From positions 1 through 39,904 of IMG/VR virus record IMGVR_UViG_3300027804_000104: a stretch of 39,904 nucleotides of DNA. One strand, 5' to 3'. Of the stretch, positions 17,225 to 26,062 are shown one piece after another. The position numbers and the translations under genes are program-made. The stretch's first letter is position 1, and each line of letters opens with the position of its first letter. This DNA comes from a virus (taxonomy: Duplodnaviria > Caudoviricetes). The notes under the pieces are model-generated. The model worked only from the letters and a program-made list of their open reading frames with translations, made no database searches and was not told the origin of the DNA.

Positions 17225-17836
17225 ATGGCCACTACCGCAACAGCCGAGTACTACGACAAGCAGGCGAACCTCACCAAATCCAACGCCGACCTTGCCTACA
17301 ACACGGCGTTGGCGAACCTTGCCCGCCGTTTCGGTGTCGCCAACCGCCAGTTGGAATCCAACATGGAGGCTCGAGGCATCCTGCGTTCCGGCGAGGCGAA
17401 CACCTACCGCACCGAACTGACCGCCGAAGAAGAAGCCGAGAAGACTGCTGCTGAGATGGCGAAACTTGGTGCCTACAATCAGGCTGACATAACGTTGGCT
17501 GGACAGATGGCTGCGTTGAACGCAAACAAGAGTGGTTCCAGCGGAGGCGATACCTCAGCCCCGTCAAAACGGTTGACTCCTGATGCGCCGAAGGCTGTGG
17601 TCACCTTACCTAATGAGCCGAAGCATGTGGTCGCCTACCAGACGCCGACAGTAGCGTTCGCTGGCCCCTACGGTGTGGCGGTTCCCGACCTGTCCAAGGT
17701 GGACTTCAAGGCTTTGGGACGCATGATGGAAGCCCAGAAACCCAAACCGCCGTCACCGGCGAAACAGACTGCGACGTTCGCCACCACCGGCCTGTACGGT
17801 GTGTCTCGTCCGGTGCGTGATTCCAGAGGACGCTGA
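17225..17836 (+). CDS. putative internal virion/ejection protein
   Basis: 203 aa Ala-rich helical, first of a coupled series ending in an 1835-aa protein. Confidence 0.5.
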   Translation: MATTATAEYYDKQANLTKSNADLAYNTALANLARRFGVANRQLESNMEARGILRSGEANTYRTELTAEEEAEKTAAEMAKLGAYNQADITLAGQMAALNANKSGSSGGDTSAPSKRLTPDAPKAVVTLPNEPKHVVAYQTPTVAFAGPYGVAVPDLSKVDFKALGRMMEAQKPKPPSPAKQTATFATTGLYGVSRPVRDSRGR

Positions 17837-18333
17837 TGGCCACCCCGCAGGAACTCGCACAGCAGATCGCTGATCGAAGCGCACAAGCCGCCGCCATGAT
17901 GGCTGACCTGGATCGACGCGCCCGTGAGGCTGCGACCGCCCGTCTCGCCCCGTCGGGTGACACTCTCGCCATGTACGAGGATCGGTTCAACGAGGTGTAC
18001 AACCCGGCGAACGCACAGGCTGTCGGACAAGCCAATGCGATGCGCGAGTATGCGACCGGCCTCGGTGACATTCTGGTGCGCAAGGCCCGCGAAGCCCGAT
18101 CCGGTGGTGGATCAAAGTATGTCAACCCGTACGACAACTATCAGGTTCCCACCCTCGAGCAGTTGATTGCCCTGCAAGGACTCAAGTTCGGTCAGAAACC
18201 GATCGCCTACGAAGACAGAAACCGTGGTGTCGCTTTCGCTGGTCCGTACGGTGCAGTCATCCCGTCAACCGCCCCCGTCAAACCTCGACGCGACTACGGT
18301 TCGGCTGACACACAGGAACGGAGGCTGGGCTGA
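17836..18333 (+). CDS. putative internal virion/ejection protein
   Basis: 165 aa Ala/Gln-rich, TGATG coupling. Confidence 0.5.
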   Translation: MATPQELAQQIADRSAQAAAMMADLDRRAREAATARLAPSGDTLAMYEDRFNEVYNPANAQAVGQANAMREYATGLGDILVRKAREARSGGGSKYVNPYDNYQVPTLEQLIALQGLKFGQKPIAYEDRNRGVAFAGPYGAVIPSTAPVKPRRDYGSADTQERRLG

Positions 18334-19457
18334 TGGCACCGCGCACCGGCCCCCGTGGCGTAACAAACGAAGATGTCGCCAACCGTGCTGGCGTCACCTA
18401 CGTTTACGCCCCCGAAACACCCGCCCAACAGAACCAGATGAACCAGCAGGCGTTGCTGTCCTATGTTCTCGGCGGGCAGGCTCCCGGCTACGGCATGAAG
18501 TACGGTGGGTTCCCAACCGCCGCATACGGTCAGGCTGCTGTTGAAGGGCAAGCGTTCGGTATCGCCGACCTCGCACGGCAAGCCGCCCAGCAGGGTGCGA
18601 TCAGGGAACAAGAACTTGTTTTACAGGCAGAACGTGAGAATCGTCCGGCAACAGCCGCAAAATACCGGTACGCCCAACCTTCGCAGCAGGTAAAAGAGGC
18701 TGGGGCTGCGATCGGTGAAGCAGACACGCCGATACAGCAAATGTTGGCTCGCGCACGGATGCAAGCAGTTATGGATCGTGAAAGCATCGCCAGATCGGAA
18801 GAGGTTCAGCCGTCCGTCGACGCACGTCTTAGAGCTGACCTTGCCAGCCAAGTTGGCCCCTACCGGCAGGTCAGCGAAACTTTGGGTATGTTCACACCTA
18901 GCCAGTTGGCCCAGCAGATCGCCGTGTCGCGTTACGGGTACGACCCGATGCTCGCCTCCGGGCTGTTCGGCGGGGCGACCGACGTGAAGTATGCCGAACA
19001 GGTGCAAACCTTGCGAGACGCTGAACGCCAGGCGCAGGGTTTCGGTTTGAGTAACGACGAATACCTGTTTGAGACGCTCGGCCCCGAAGAGTTTGCCCGA
19101 TACCAAGAGGCGAAGGCGATGAACGCCTACGAGAACGCGATGCAACCCGACTACACGCAAGACGATATTGACATTTATGAGGCGTACGGTGTCATTCCTT
19201 CCAACAATGAGGAACGCGAAATCATGTTGGATCCCAGTTTCTTGCAGGATGTTCAGGAAGCGAAGACCCGTCTTTCCGAAGCAGACAAGGCCTTGTCGGC
19301 TGATCCTGTTATTGCGGATCTTGTCGGCAACTACTATCGCAACACGGGGAATCCTGCTCGAGCAATCCTGCTGGAAAACATCTTGTCGCAATTCTCGTTT
19401 CTTGTTCGCCCGATCGGCGCAAACATTTCGCGTGACGTAAACATTCCGGGGCGATGA
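18333..19457 (+). CDS. putative internal virion/ejection protein
   Basis: 374 aa Ala/Gln-rich, TGATG coupling. Confidence 0.5.
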   Translation: MAPRTGPRGVTNEDVANRAGVTYVYAPETPAQQNQMNQQALLSYVLGGQAPGYGMKYGGFPTAAYGQAAVEGQAFGIADLARQAAQQGAIREQELVLQAERENRPATAAKYRYAQPSQQVKEAGAAIGEADTPIQQMLARARMQAVMDRESIARSEEVQPSVDARLRADLASQVGPYRQVSETLGMFTPSQLAQQIAVSRYGYDPMLASGLFGGATDVKYAEQVQTLRDAERQAQGFGLSNDEYLFETLGPEEFARYQEAKAMNAYENAMQPDYTQDDIDIYEAYGVIPSNNEEREIMLDPSFLQDVQEAKTRLSEADKALSADPVIADLVGNYYRNTGNPARAILLENILSQFSFLVRPIGANISRDVNIPGR

Positions 19458-22400
19458 GCGACAACGCATCAGACCTTCTCGCTGAAGCAGTCAAGAGACG
19501 CGCATCTTTGACGGCATCAGCACCGACGAATCGTGGTGCTGTCCTGCGCACCGTCCGACCCAGACAGCAGGGTGAAGGAAGCCCGTTTGACAATTACGAC
19601 GAGCAAGAGCAAGACGGCGGCGGTGGTCTGCTGAAGAACATCATGTCCGGTCCTGCGGCAATTGCATCAGGCATCACACAACTTCCGACGTTTTTTGGGA
19701 AAGCGGTGCAAACCGGTGGCGGTGTGCTGGAAGGCGTGTACGACCTTGCGTCTGAGGGTGTTGAAGGGGTTTTCGGCTTTGACCCGTACACGTCACGCTT
19801 AGAAACCGACTTGGCTCGAGGCCGTGCGCAAGGGTTGACAGGTGCAGAACTATTCGCTTACGCCGGTCACCGACAGTTCCCGTTGGCATCCGAGATGGTT
19901 TCGTCGTACGCCAGAACAATTCCTCGCGTCGCTGAAGTAGGAACTCTCGGTTTCTATGACACCGGGGAACCGGGCTTTGATTACAAGAACGCCTACGACA
20001 GAGGTCAACTGGGTGCACTTCTTGTTGAAGACATAGGAAACCTGATTCTGCTCGGTCGTGCTTCTGGAGCAGGCAACGTCGTTTCACGAGCAGGTACAGG
20101 CATTGGTGCTGCCGGTGCGCCTCGACTGGGGCGTGTCATCTCCACCACAGGGCGGTTCATTGAGGAACCGATCGGGTCGACGGTGCGCGGTACAGCCCGT
20201 CTCGGACAGGTCGGTGCTGAAGCCCGAGGTGCAACTACGCTCGGTTCTCGGCTGGGACGTATCGCCCAAGCAGGGCTGGATGACACTTCTGGTCCGCTAC
20301 GTCAAACAGTTGTCGAAGCACGAGAGATTCGTCGCGCCCGTGGTGATGCCAACGTCGCCAAGATCGTTGACCGTCTTGGGGCGTTGGACAGAGAACTGTT
20401 CGCTCCGAACGCTGATACGGGACGCATCAAAGCCGAGATCAACGAGCAGAAGAATCTCTTGGAGAAAGCGTTGCGCCAATCCGGTCAAGTGGCTGATGCT
20501 CGAAAGAAGATCGTCGCCGACCAGATCTACGAGGAAGCGGTTCGCACAAACATTCAGACCGAAGGTTCGCGCCTTCAGGCGCGTGGCCCGTCGCTGTACT
20601 ACCCAGATGCCCCCGAAGGTCCGATGCCCGATTTCGCTGCCCCTGTTGCGATCCTGATCCGCACCGGGAAAATGGAGATTGCGCTGCGTGAAGTGGCTTC
20701 AGGCAACTCAATCCAAAACATTGCTGACGCTATGACGCCAGTACAGGTTGGCCCTGACCTTGAACGCATCGGCTATCGGTATGCGCCGGAATACATTCAG
20801 ACTGCCGTTGACTATGCACAAGGCAACTTGGACCCGTTCGCCACCCGTTCTATTGACGCTGCGCTTGAGTTCCTCAGCCGTGTCGGTGACGAGTTCACTC
20901 GAGGACAGTTGTCCGGCAGATACCGGCTTGAAGGCCCAATGCCTGAGTCGTATTTGGGTACGTTCCCCCTCGCCGAGTTCCTGTTCGCAGAACTAGACCG
21001 AGGTCGTTTCCCACGAACCGAACGAGCGAGAATTATCAACGCTCTCGACACTATCGCAGTCCAGTTCATGGACACGCTCCCACCCGAACTACGCAAACTG
21101 TTCAAGCAAACCGCACAAGATCCGCAAGGTGCGTTCCGTGCGCTCGTCGACCTACCGCCCGATCATCCGCTCGCTGGTGTCGCCCAACAAATCTTCGAGC
21201 TGATGTACGACCAGTTCCTGCAACAGTTCCCGACGATCATGCGTGACCCAATGATCTACCCGGCGAACATGAGGCCGAACATCAACGCTGAGGCACGTCT
21301 GCTACGTCAGGCTCGCAGCGCAGACATCACCACGATCGTCCGAGGGTTGCAAGACCTCGCTGACGTTTACGGCAAGTTGCTCGGCACCAAACTGGTGGAG
21401 TCGATCGTCAACGACATGGACACGCTGGTCGGCAAACCGGAAGCGTATTTGCCTGGTTCGTACAACCGGATCATCGGCAAGATTGACGGGCTGATGGCCC
21501 GCATCCGTGAGCGCATCGCCGAGATCGAGGCACAACGCGAAACGGTCACCGCTGAGAAGGCGCAGACGATCAACGACCTGATTGAGGCTGAAGCCCGGTT
21601 GGGTGCCATCCAAACCACCGTCCGTGCGCTGGTCGACAACCTAAACCGGATTCGTGACGAGGAACTGCCTGGTGTTACCGCCGCCCTAGAGCAGGTGGAG
21701 TTGTCTGCTGGACAAAAGCGTGTCGCCGAGGATGCGATCGCAGAGTATGAGCGCACCGCCCGTCAGGACGAATTGGCGTTGACCCCCGATGAACGTCAGA
21801 CGATCATCGACGACATTGACGAGGCTGTCCGGCTGGCCGAACAAATGGATGACCCAGTTTTCTTTGAGGCTTTGATCGCAGAGTTTGAGGCTCGGCAACG
21901 TGAAGTGGACGCTGGGCGACCCGACCCTGCGTTGGAGGACGCAACGATTGACCCCCGTGATCCGAGGGTGAAAGCAGAACGGCAACGTCGCGTTGACCAG
22001 ACTGAACGCCGTCGACTGGATACATCTCAGCAATTGCGGGACATTATGACGATCGGCAAGATTTCTTGGCGACAATTCAATGATCCTGCGTTCACCCGTG
22101 GCGAACCGTTTCGACAAGTGCTGGAAAAACTTCTGGCAGAGGTTGACCCTGCTTTGGCTAAGCAGGCATTGGACTATTTTGCCCGTAATCATGTAGAGAA
22201 GAAGCCCACCAAGCGCGAACCAGTCAATCGTGGTGTTGATGGCGAAGACTTTGTTACTAGATACAGCGAAGCGTTTGACACGGTTGACGAAAGTTACCGA
22301 GCATTGGCACAGTCGCTCGTTGATGTTGTGCGGGCGATCAACGACGAAAGAGCCGCAAAGAAAGTTACGTTGGCTCAAGTTGCGCAAGAAATGGCCGCCG

Positions 22401-24961
22401 AAACAGACACCGGTTACCGTGTTTCTGAGCGCAGTCTTGCCGTTACGGCCCGTGCGATCGCCTATGCCACAAACCCAAACCTGCTGACCGCCGACCTGCG
22501 TTTGCGTGACCGGTATGCCACCGAGATGGAAGCCGGTCTTCCGTACGAAGGCGCACCACCCCGGTTGATCCCCATTCCGAAAGAACTGCTCGAGAACCTG
22601 CGTCGAGCCGACCGAGATGTCACCAAACAGGAGCGCAACGTCCAACGGCTCCGCAAGGAAGGCACCGCCGAACAGCGGCGCATCGTCCGAGGCCAACTGA
22701 AGGGCATCGGCAAGATCATTGAGCAACCTGACGGAACCGTTGAAGGGCAGATGCTGAAGGGTCCGCAGACGAAAGCGGAAGCTGAGATCGAACAGTTGCG
22801 CAACAAGGATCTGAACAAGCAGATCCGGCTTGACCAGTTGCGTGAACAGTTCGCAGTCCAGTCAAGGATGCTCACCGATGTTTCTGGGGTGCGTCAATCT
22901 GCTACCGCTGTCGGCACACAAATGGCGCAGCCGTTCGGCCCACAACTGTTGGGTGCGGACAGTCAGCTCGGCTACCTCCCTGGTGGTTTGCCCACCACAG
23001 CCCGTGACGCTTCCCGTGTGATGACCGAACTCCGTTTGGAAGGTGCCGCCCCGCAGGTCAAGTCGCCGACTTCGATGCTAAGAACCTCGGACATCATGCC
23101 GTTGCGTCTTGATGACATGATGAAACGGTTCGACGAAATCTTCAACGTCGTGGGCCGCAACCGAGTCCTTGAAGATGTTGTCATGGATCGGCGTTTCTCT
23201 GTGCGCATGGGCAGTCTTGTCACCCCCAAACAGTTGGAAGCAATCGTCAAGAAAGCACAGTCTGATGTCGCCGCCCAGAACCTTGTCCGCACCCCAGCGC
23301 AAGTGGACGCTGCGGTGAAAGCCGAAGTCGGTGTGCGACTGTTTGAGATCGCTCAACGCAACGGCTACGAGGCGGTCAGCCCGGTCAAGGTGGATCCGAC
23401 AACTGGCGCACACGAAGCGTTAGGTGACCTTCTGCGCACCGTCCCCGCCGAACAGATTGACCCGAACACGATCCTGATGCGTATTGGGATGCGCGAGAAA
23501 CTGACCCAGCAGTTTGTGCCGCGAGGCTCTGGCAATATGCCTGACGCAGTTCAGGCGGTCGGCAACACGCTCGGAAAGTTCACCTCCGAATGGAAGTCAA
23601 CCGTTCTCCCGTTCTCGTTGCGTTGGCAGATCGGCGACCTCGTTGGCAACGTCATCAACGCATGGGCGTTGGGTGATGTCCCCCCCGCCGAATTGTTCCG
23701 ACGCATGAGCGAGATCGACAGCCTGCTCACTTCTAGCAGCAAACGGTTGGAGTCGTTGACCGGCACTATTGAGAACGACCTGATTAGCGTGTTGATTGGC
23801 GCAGGGCTACAGGCGCGTGGACTTCGAGACTTTGACTTGCAACAGATGCGCGGTCTAAACCCTCGAGCAGCGATCGCCGACTATCAGATTCAGGGGCCGG
23901 TGCCGTTTTTGCGTGACACACCCGGATTCCGAATGTTCCCTGGTTTCCGTGAGAAGTCGTACCGGTTCAACGAATACCAGAACACGGTTGCCCGTGCTGC
24001 GACAGCCTCTATCAAACTAGAACGCATCCTGAACGAGCGCGGCCTGACCATTGACAGCGTGACACCGCTCAACTATTTAGACGATGCCAACATTCGTGAT
24101 GCTGTCAACCAAGCGGTGCGCGAAACCAACGATGCTCTCGGAGCGTTCACCGAGTTGAACCCGTTTGAGAAGAACGTGGTGCGCAACATCTACCCGTTCT
24201 GGTCGTGGATCCGCTACATCAACAAGGCTGCGGTGAAGATGGCGATTGACCATCCCGACCGTGTGCTGTTCACCGCCGCTCTCGGCTCGATCGCATCGTC
24301 ACCCGAACAAGAGGGACTGTTCCCATTCCTCGAAGGTCGAGTCCCAATGCTCGGCTACTACTTTGACCTGTCGTTCCTGAACCCGTATCAGGATGCGATC
24401 ATCCTGCAACCCAACCCAATCAAGGCGTTGACGGAACAGTTCCAGAACATTTCGCCGACCATCACCGCACCCGTTCGCGCCGCCTCGGCGATCTCCTACT
24501 ATGGCGGTGGCGGGCAAATAAATATCCTCGGAGGCAACATCCAGCGTCCCGGCTATCTCGAGGGACAAGGAAGCCTGCTGACCGGCAACGTGTCCACCGA
24601 CAGAGGATGGGGCGACCTGCTCGGCGAACTCGGCTACATCGGTTTGACCACGATGGGTGGCCCGTTCCGCAACCTGCCCGCTTACGGCCCGACCGGCGAG
24701 CGCATCCCTGGAACCGACATCGCGCTCGGCAACGTCCAACGGTTCCCGCAAGGCTCCGCACGAACCGAAGGCCGGTATGCCGTCCAACGGCTGTCCCGCC
24801 CCGCCCAGATTGCCGGTGCGCTACTCGGAACCTTCGGTGTCCCCAAGCCGATCATCGAGCAGGATGTCGCCGAAGAGCAGGCGTTGCTCCAGTCCATCAA
24901 GGACATTCAGGCACAACAAAGACGGGAACGTGAACGCATCCTGTCTAGGATCGGACAATGA
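19454..24961 (+). CDS. large putative DNA ejection/internal virion protein
   Basis: 1835 aa; Gly-rich N-terminus, coiled coils, C-terminal YPFWSW motif region typical of large podovirus core proteins. Confidence 0.65.
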   Translation: MSDNASDLLAEAVKRRASLTASAPTNRGAVLRTVRPRQQGEGSPFDNYDEQEQDGGGGLLKNIMSGPAAIASGITQLPTFFGKAVQTGGGVLEGVYDLASEGVEGVFGFDPYTSRLETDLARGRAQGLTGAELFAYAGHRQFPLASEMVSSYARTIPRVAEVGTLGFYDTGEPGFDYKNAYDRGQLGALLVEDIGNLILLGRASGAGNVVSRAGTGIGAAGAPRLGRVISTTGRFIEEPIGSTVRGTARLGQVGAEARGATTLGSRLGRIAQAGLDDTSGPLRQTVVEAREIRRARGDANVAKIVDRLGALDRELFAPNADTGRIKAEINEQKNLLEKALRQSGQVADARKKIVADQIYEEAVRTNIQTEGSRLQARGPSLYYPDAPEGPMPDFAAPVAILIRTGKMEIALREVASGNSIQNIADAMTPVQVGPDLERIGYRYAPEYIQTAVDYAQGNLDPFATRSIDAALEFLSRVGDEFTRGQLSGRYRLEGPMPESYLGTFPLAEFLFAELDRGRFPRTERARIINALDTIAVQFMDTLPPELRKLFKQTAQDPQGAFRALVDLPPDHPLAGVAQQIFELMYDQFLQQFPTIMRDPMIYPANMRPNINAEARLLRQARSADITTIVRGLQDLADVYGKLLGTKLVESIVNDMDTLVGKPEAYLPGSYNRIIGKIDGLMARIRERIAEIEAQRETVTAEKAQTINDLIEAEARLGAIQTTVRALVDNLNRIRDEELPGVTAALEQVELSAGQKRVAEDAIAEYERTARQDELALTPDERQTIIDDIDEAVRLAEQMDDPVFFEALIAEFEARQREVDAGRPDPALEDATIDPRDPRVKAERQRRVDQTERRRLDTSQQLRDIMTIGKISWRQFNDPAFTRGEPFRQVLEKLLAEVDPALAKQALDYFARNHVEKKPTKREPVNRGVDGEDFVTRYSEAFDTVDESYRALAQSLVDVVRAINDERAAKKVTLAQVAQEMAAETDTGYRVSERSLAVTARAIAYATNPNLLTADLRLRDRYATEMEAGLPYEGAPPRLIPIPKELLENLRRADRDVTKQERNVQRLRKEGTAEQRRIVRGQLKGIGKIIEQPDGTVEGQMLKGPQTKAEAEIEQLRNKDLNKQIRLDQLREQFAVQSRMLTDVSGVRQSATAVGTQMAQPFGPQLLGADSQLGYLPGGLPTTARDASRVMTELRLEGAAPQVKSPTSMLRTSDIMPLRLDDMMKRFDEIFNVVGRNRVLEDVVMDRRFSVRMGSLVTPKQLEAIVKKAQSDVAAQNLVRTPAQVDAAVKAEVGVRLFEIAQRNGYEAVSPVKVDPTTGAHEALGDLLRTVPAEQIDPNTILMRIGMREKLTQQFVPRGSGNMPDAVQAVGNTLGKFTSEWKSTVLPFSLRWQIGDLVGNVINAWALGDVPPAELFRRMSEIDSLLTSSSKRLESLTGTIENDLISVLIGAGLQARGLRDFDLQQMRGLNPRAAIADYQIQGPVPFLRDTPGFRMFPGFREKSYRFNEYQNTVARAATASIKLERILNERGLTIDSVTPLNYLDDANIRDAVNQAVRETNDALGAFTELNPFEKNVVRNIYPFWSWIRYINKAAVKMAIDHPDRVLFTAALGSIASSPEQEGLFPFLEGRVPMLGYYFDLSFLNPYQDAIILQPNPIKALTEQFQNISPTITAPVRAASAISYYGGGGQINILGGNIQRPGYLEGQGSLLTGNVSTDRGWGDLLGELGYIGLTTMGGPFRNLPAYGPTGERIPGTDIALGNVQRFPQGSARTEGRYAVQRLSRPAQIAGALLGTFGVPKPIIEQDVAEEQALLQSIKDIQAQQRRERERILSRIGQ

Positions 24962-25344
24962 TCTGGGCTTTAGAAGTCGTCGGCAAACGTCCCACCACCC
25001 TCAACCAGGAGCGGAAAACGAACAACTGGGGCAAACGAGCGTCCGACACCAAATGGTGGCGTGAACAGTTCTGCCGGTGCGCCCTCGAGGCCGGTATCCC
25101 CGCCCACCAGCGGTTGCACGTCTCCGTCTACCCTCTGCACAAGAACGGTCGCTCCCCCCAAGATGTCGCCGCCTGCTTCCCCGCCGCTAAAGCCGGGATT
25201 GACGGGCTGGTCGACGCTGGCATCATCGAAGACGACACCCCTGACATCCTCGTTCGTATAGACTTCTACGCACCAGTCATAGACGGCGTAGACGGATTGC
25301 GGCTCGTCGTACAAGGAGCAGACGATGAACCCGATGTACAGTAA
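24958..25344 (+). CDS. RusA-like Holliday junction resolvase
   Basis: P.TLNQ...D...C.PAAKAGIDGLVDAGIIEDD pattern of RusA-like endonucleases. Confidence 0.65.
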   Translation: MIWALEVVGKRPTTLNQERKTNNWGKRASDTKWWREQFCRCALEAGIPAHQRLHVSVYPLHKNGRSPQDVAACFPAAKAGIDGLVDAGIIEDDTPDILVRIDFYAPVIDGVDGLRLVVQGADDEPDVQ

Positions 25345-25588
25345 CGCGCTTGGCAGTCTCGCAGCCGGTATGGCTGGTGGCGGTGGCATGGGCGAAGAAG
25401 CCGGTGAAGAGGCCGAGCAGTACCCCTGTCCGTTGTGTGGTGGCACCGGCGTCGTCACCGAAGAGATGCTGACCGGCGAAGGTCAGATGCTCCCCGCCCG
25501 CCTCGCTTCCCGTCAGCCGATGATGGGCGCACAGATGGGTGGCCCGATGCGGATGCCCATGCAGGCTCCGATGCCCCCCATGAGCTGA
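25325..25588 (+). CDS. small Gly/Met/Pro-rich protein with one CxxCxGxG motif
   Basis: CPLCGGTG; fills gap between coupled genes. Confidence 0.55.
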   Translation: MNPMYSNALGSLAAGMAGGGGMGEEAGEEAEQYPCPLCGGTGVVTEEMLTGEGQMLPARLASRQPMMGAQMGGPMRMPMQAPMPPMS

Positions 25589-25589
25589 G

Positions 25590-25922
25590 ATGGCTACCCC
25601 AGCCTGGCAACGCAAAGAAGGGCAGAACCCTGCTGGAGGGTTGAACGCCAAAGGTCGAGCGTCGTACAAGGCGCAGACTGGTGGCACCCTGAAAGCCCCT
25701 GTGAAAGGTCGACCGACGACCCCTGAGCAGATGCGTCGCAAAGGTTCGTTCCTGTCCCGTATGGGTGGCTCGCCGGGGCCGATGAAGGATGAGCAGGGTC
25801 GCCCGACCCGTAAGGCTCTCGCCCTGAAAGCGTGGGGTGCGTCGTCGCCGGAGCAGGCACGGTCAATGGGGAAGCGTCTTCTCGAGCAGTACGCCCGAGC
25901 CAAAGCAGACAAGGCCAAGTGA
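25590..25922 (+). CDS. small basic phage protein (DUF6321-like)
   Basis: AWQRKEGQNPAGGLNAKGRASY...RKGSFLSRM...ALALKAW. Confidence 0.6.
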   Translation: MATPAWQRKEGQNPAGGLNAKGRASYKAQTGGTLKAPVKGRPTTPEQMRRKGSFLSRMGGSPGPMKDEQGRPTRKALALKAWGASSPEQARSMGKRLLEQYARAKADKAK

Positions 25923-26062
25923 TGGACAAGGTTCGTAAGGTGATGCGCGAATACAAGTCGGGAACCCTGCACTCCGGCAAGGGTGGTCCTGTGGTGAAGA
26001 ACCCGAAGCAGGCTCTTGCGATCGCATTGGCTGAGGCTGATCGGGCCAAGCGAGGGAAGTAA
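25922..26062 (+). CDS. small basic phage protein (DUF6496-like)
   Basis: KVRKVMREYKSGTLHSGKGGPVVKNPKQALAIALAEA; TGATG coupling. Confidence 0.65.
   Translation: MDKVRKVMREYKSGTLHSGKGGPVVKNPKQALAIALAEADRAKRGK

Noticed and set aside
19454-24961. Tape measure protein
   Set aside because: No major tail protein, tail chaperones or baseplate genes; context fits a podovirus ejection protein
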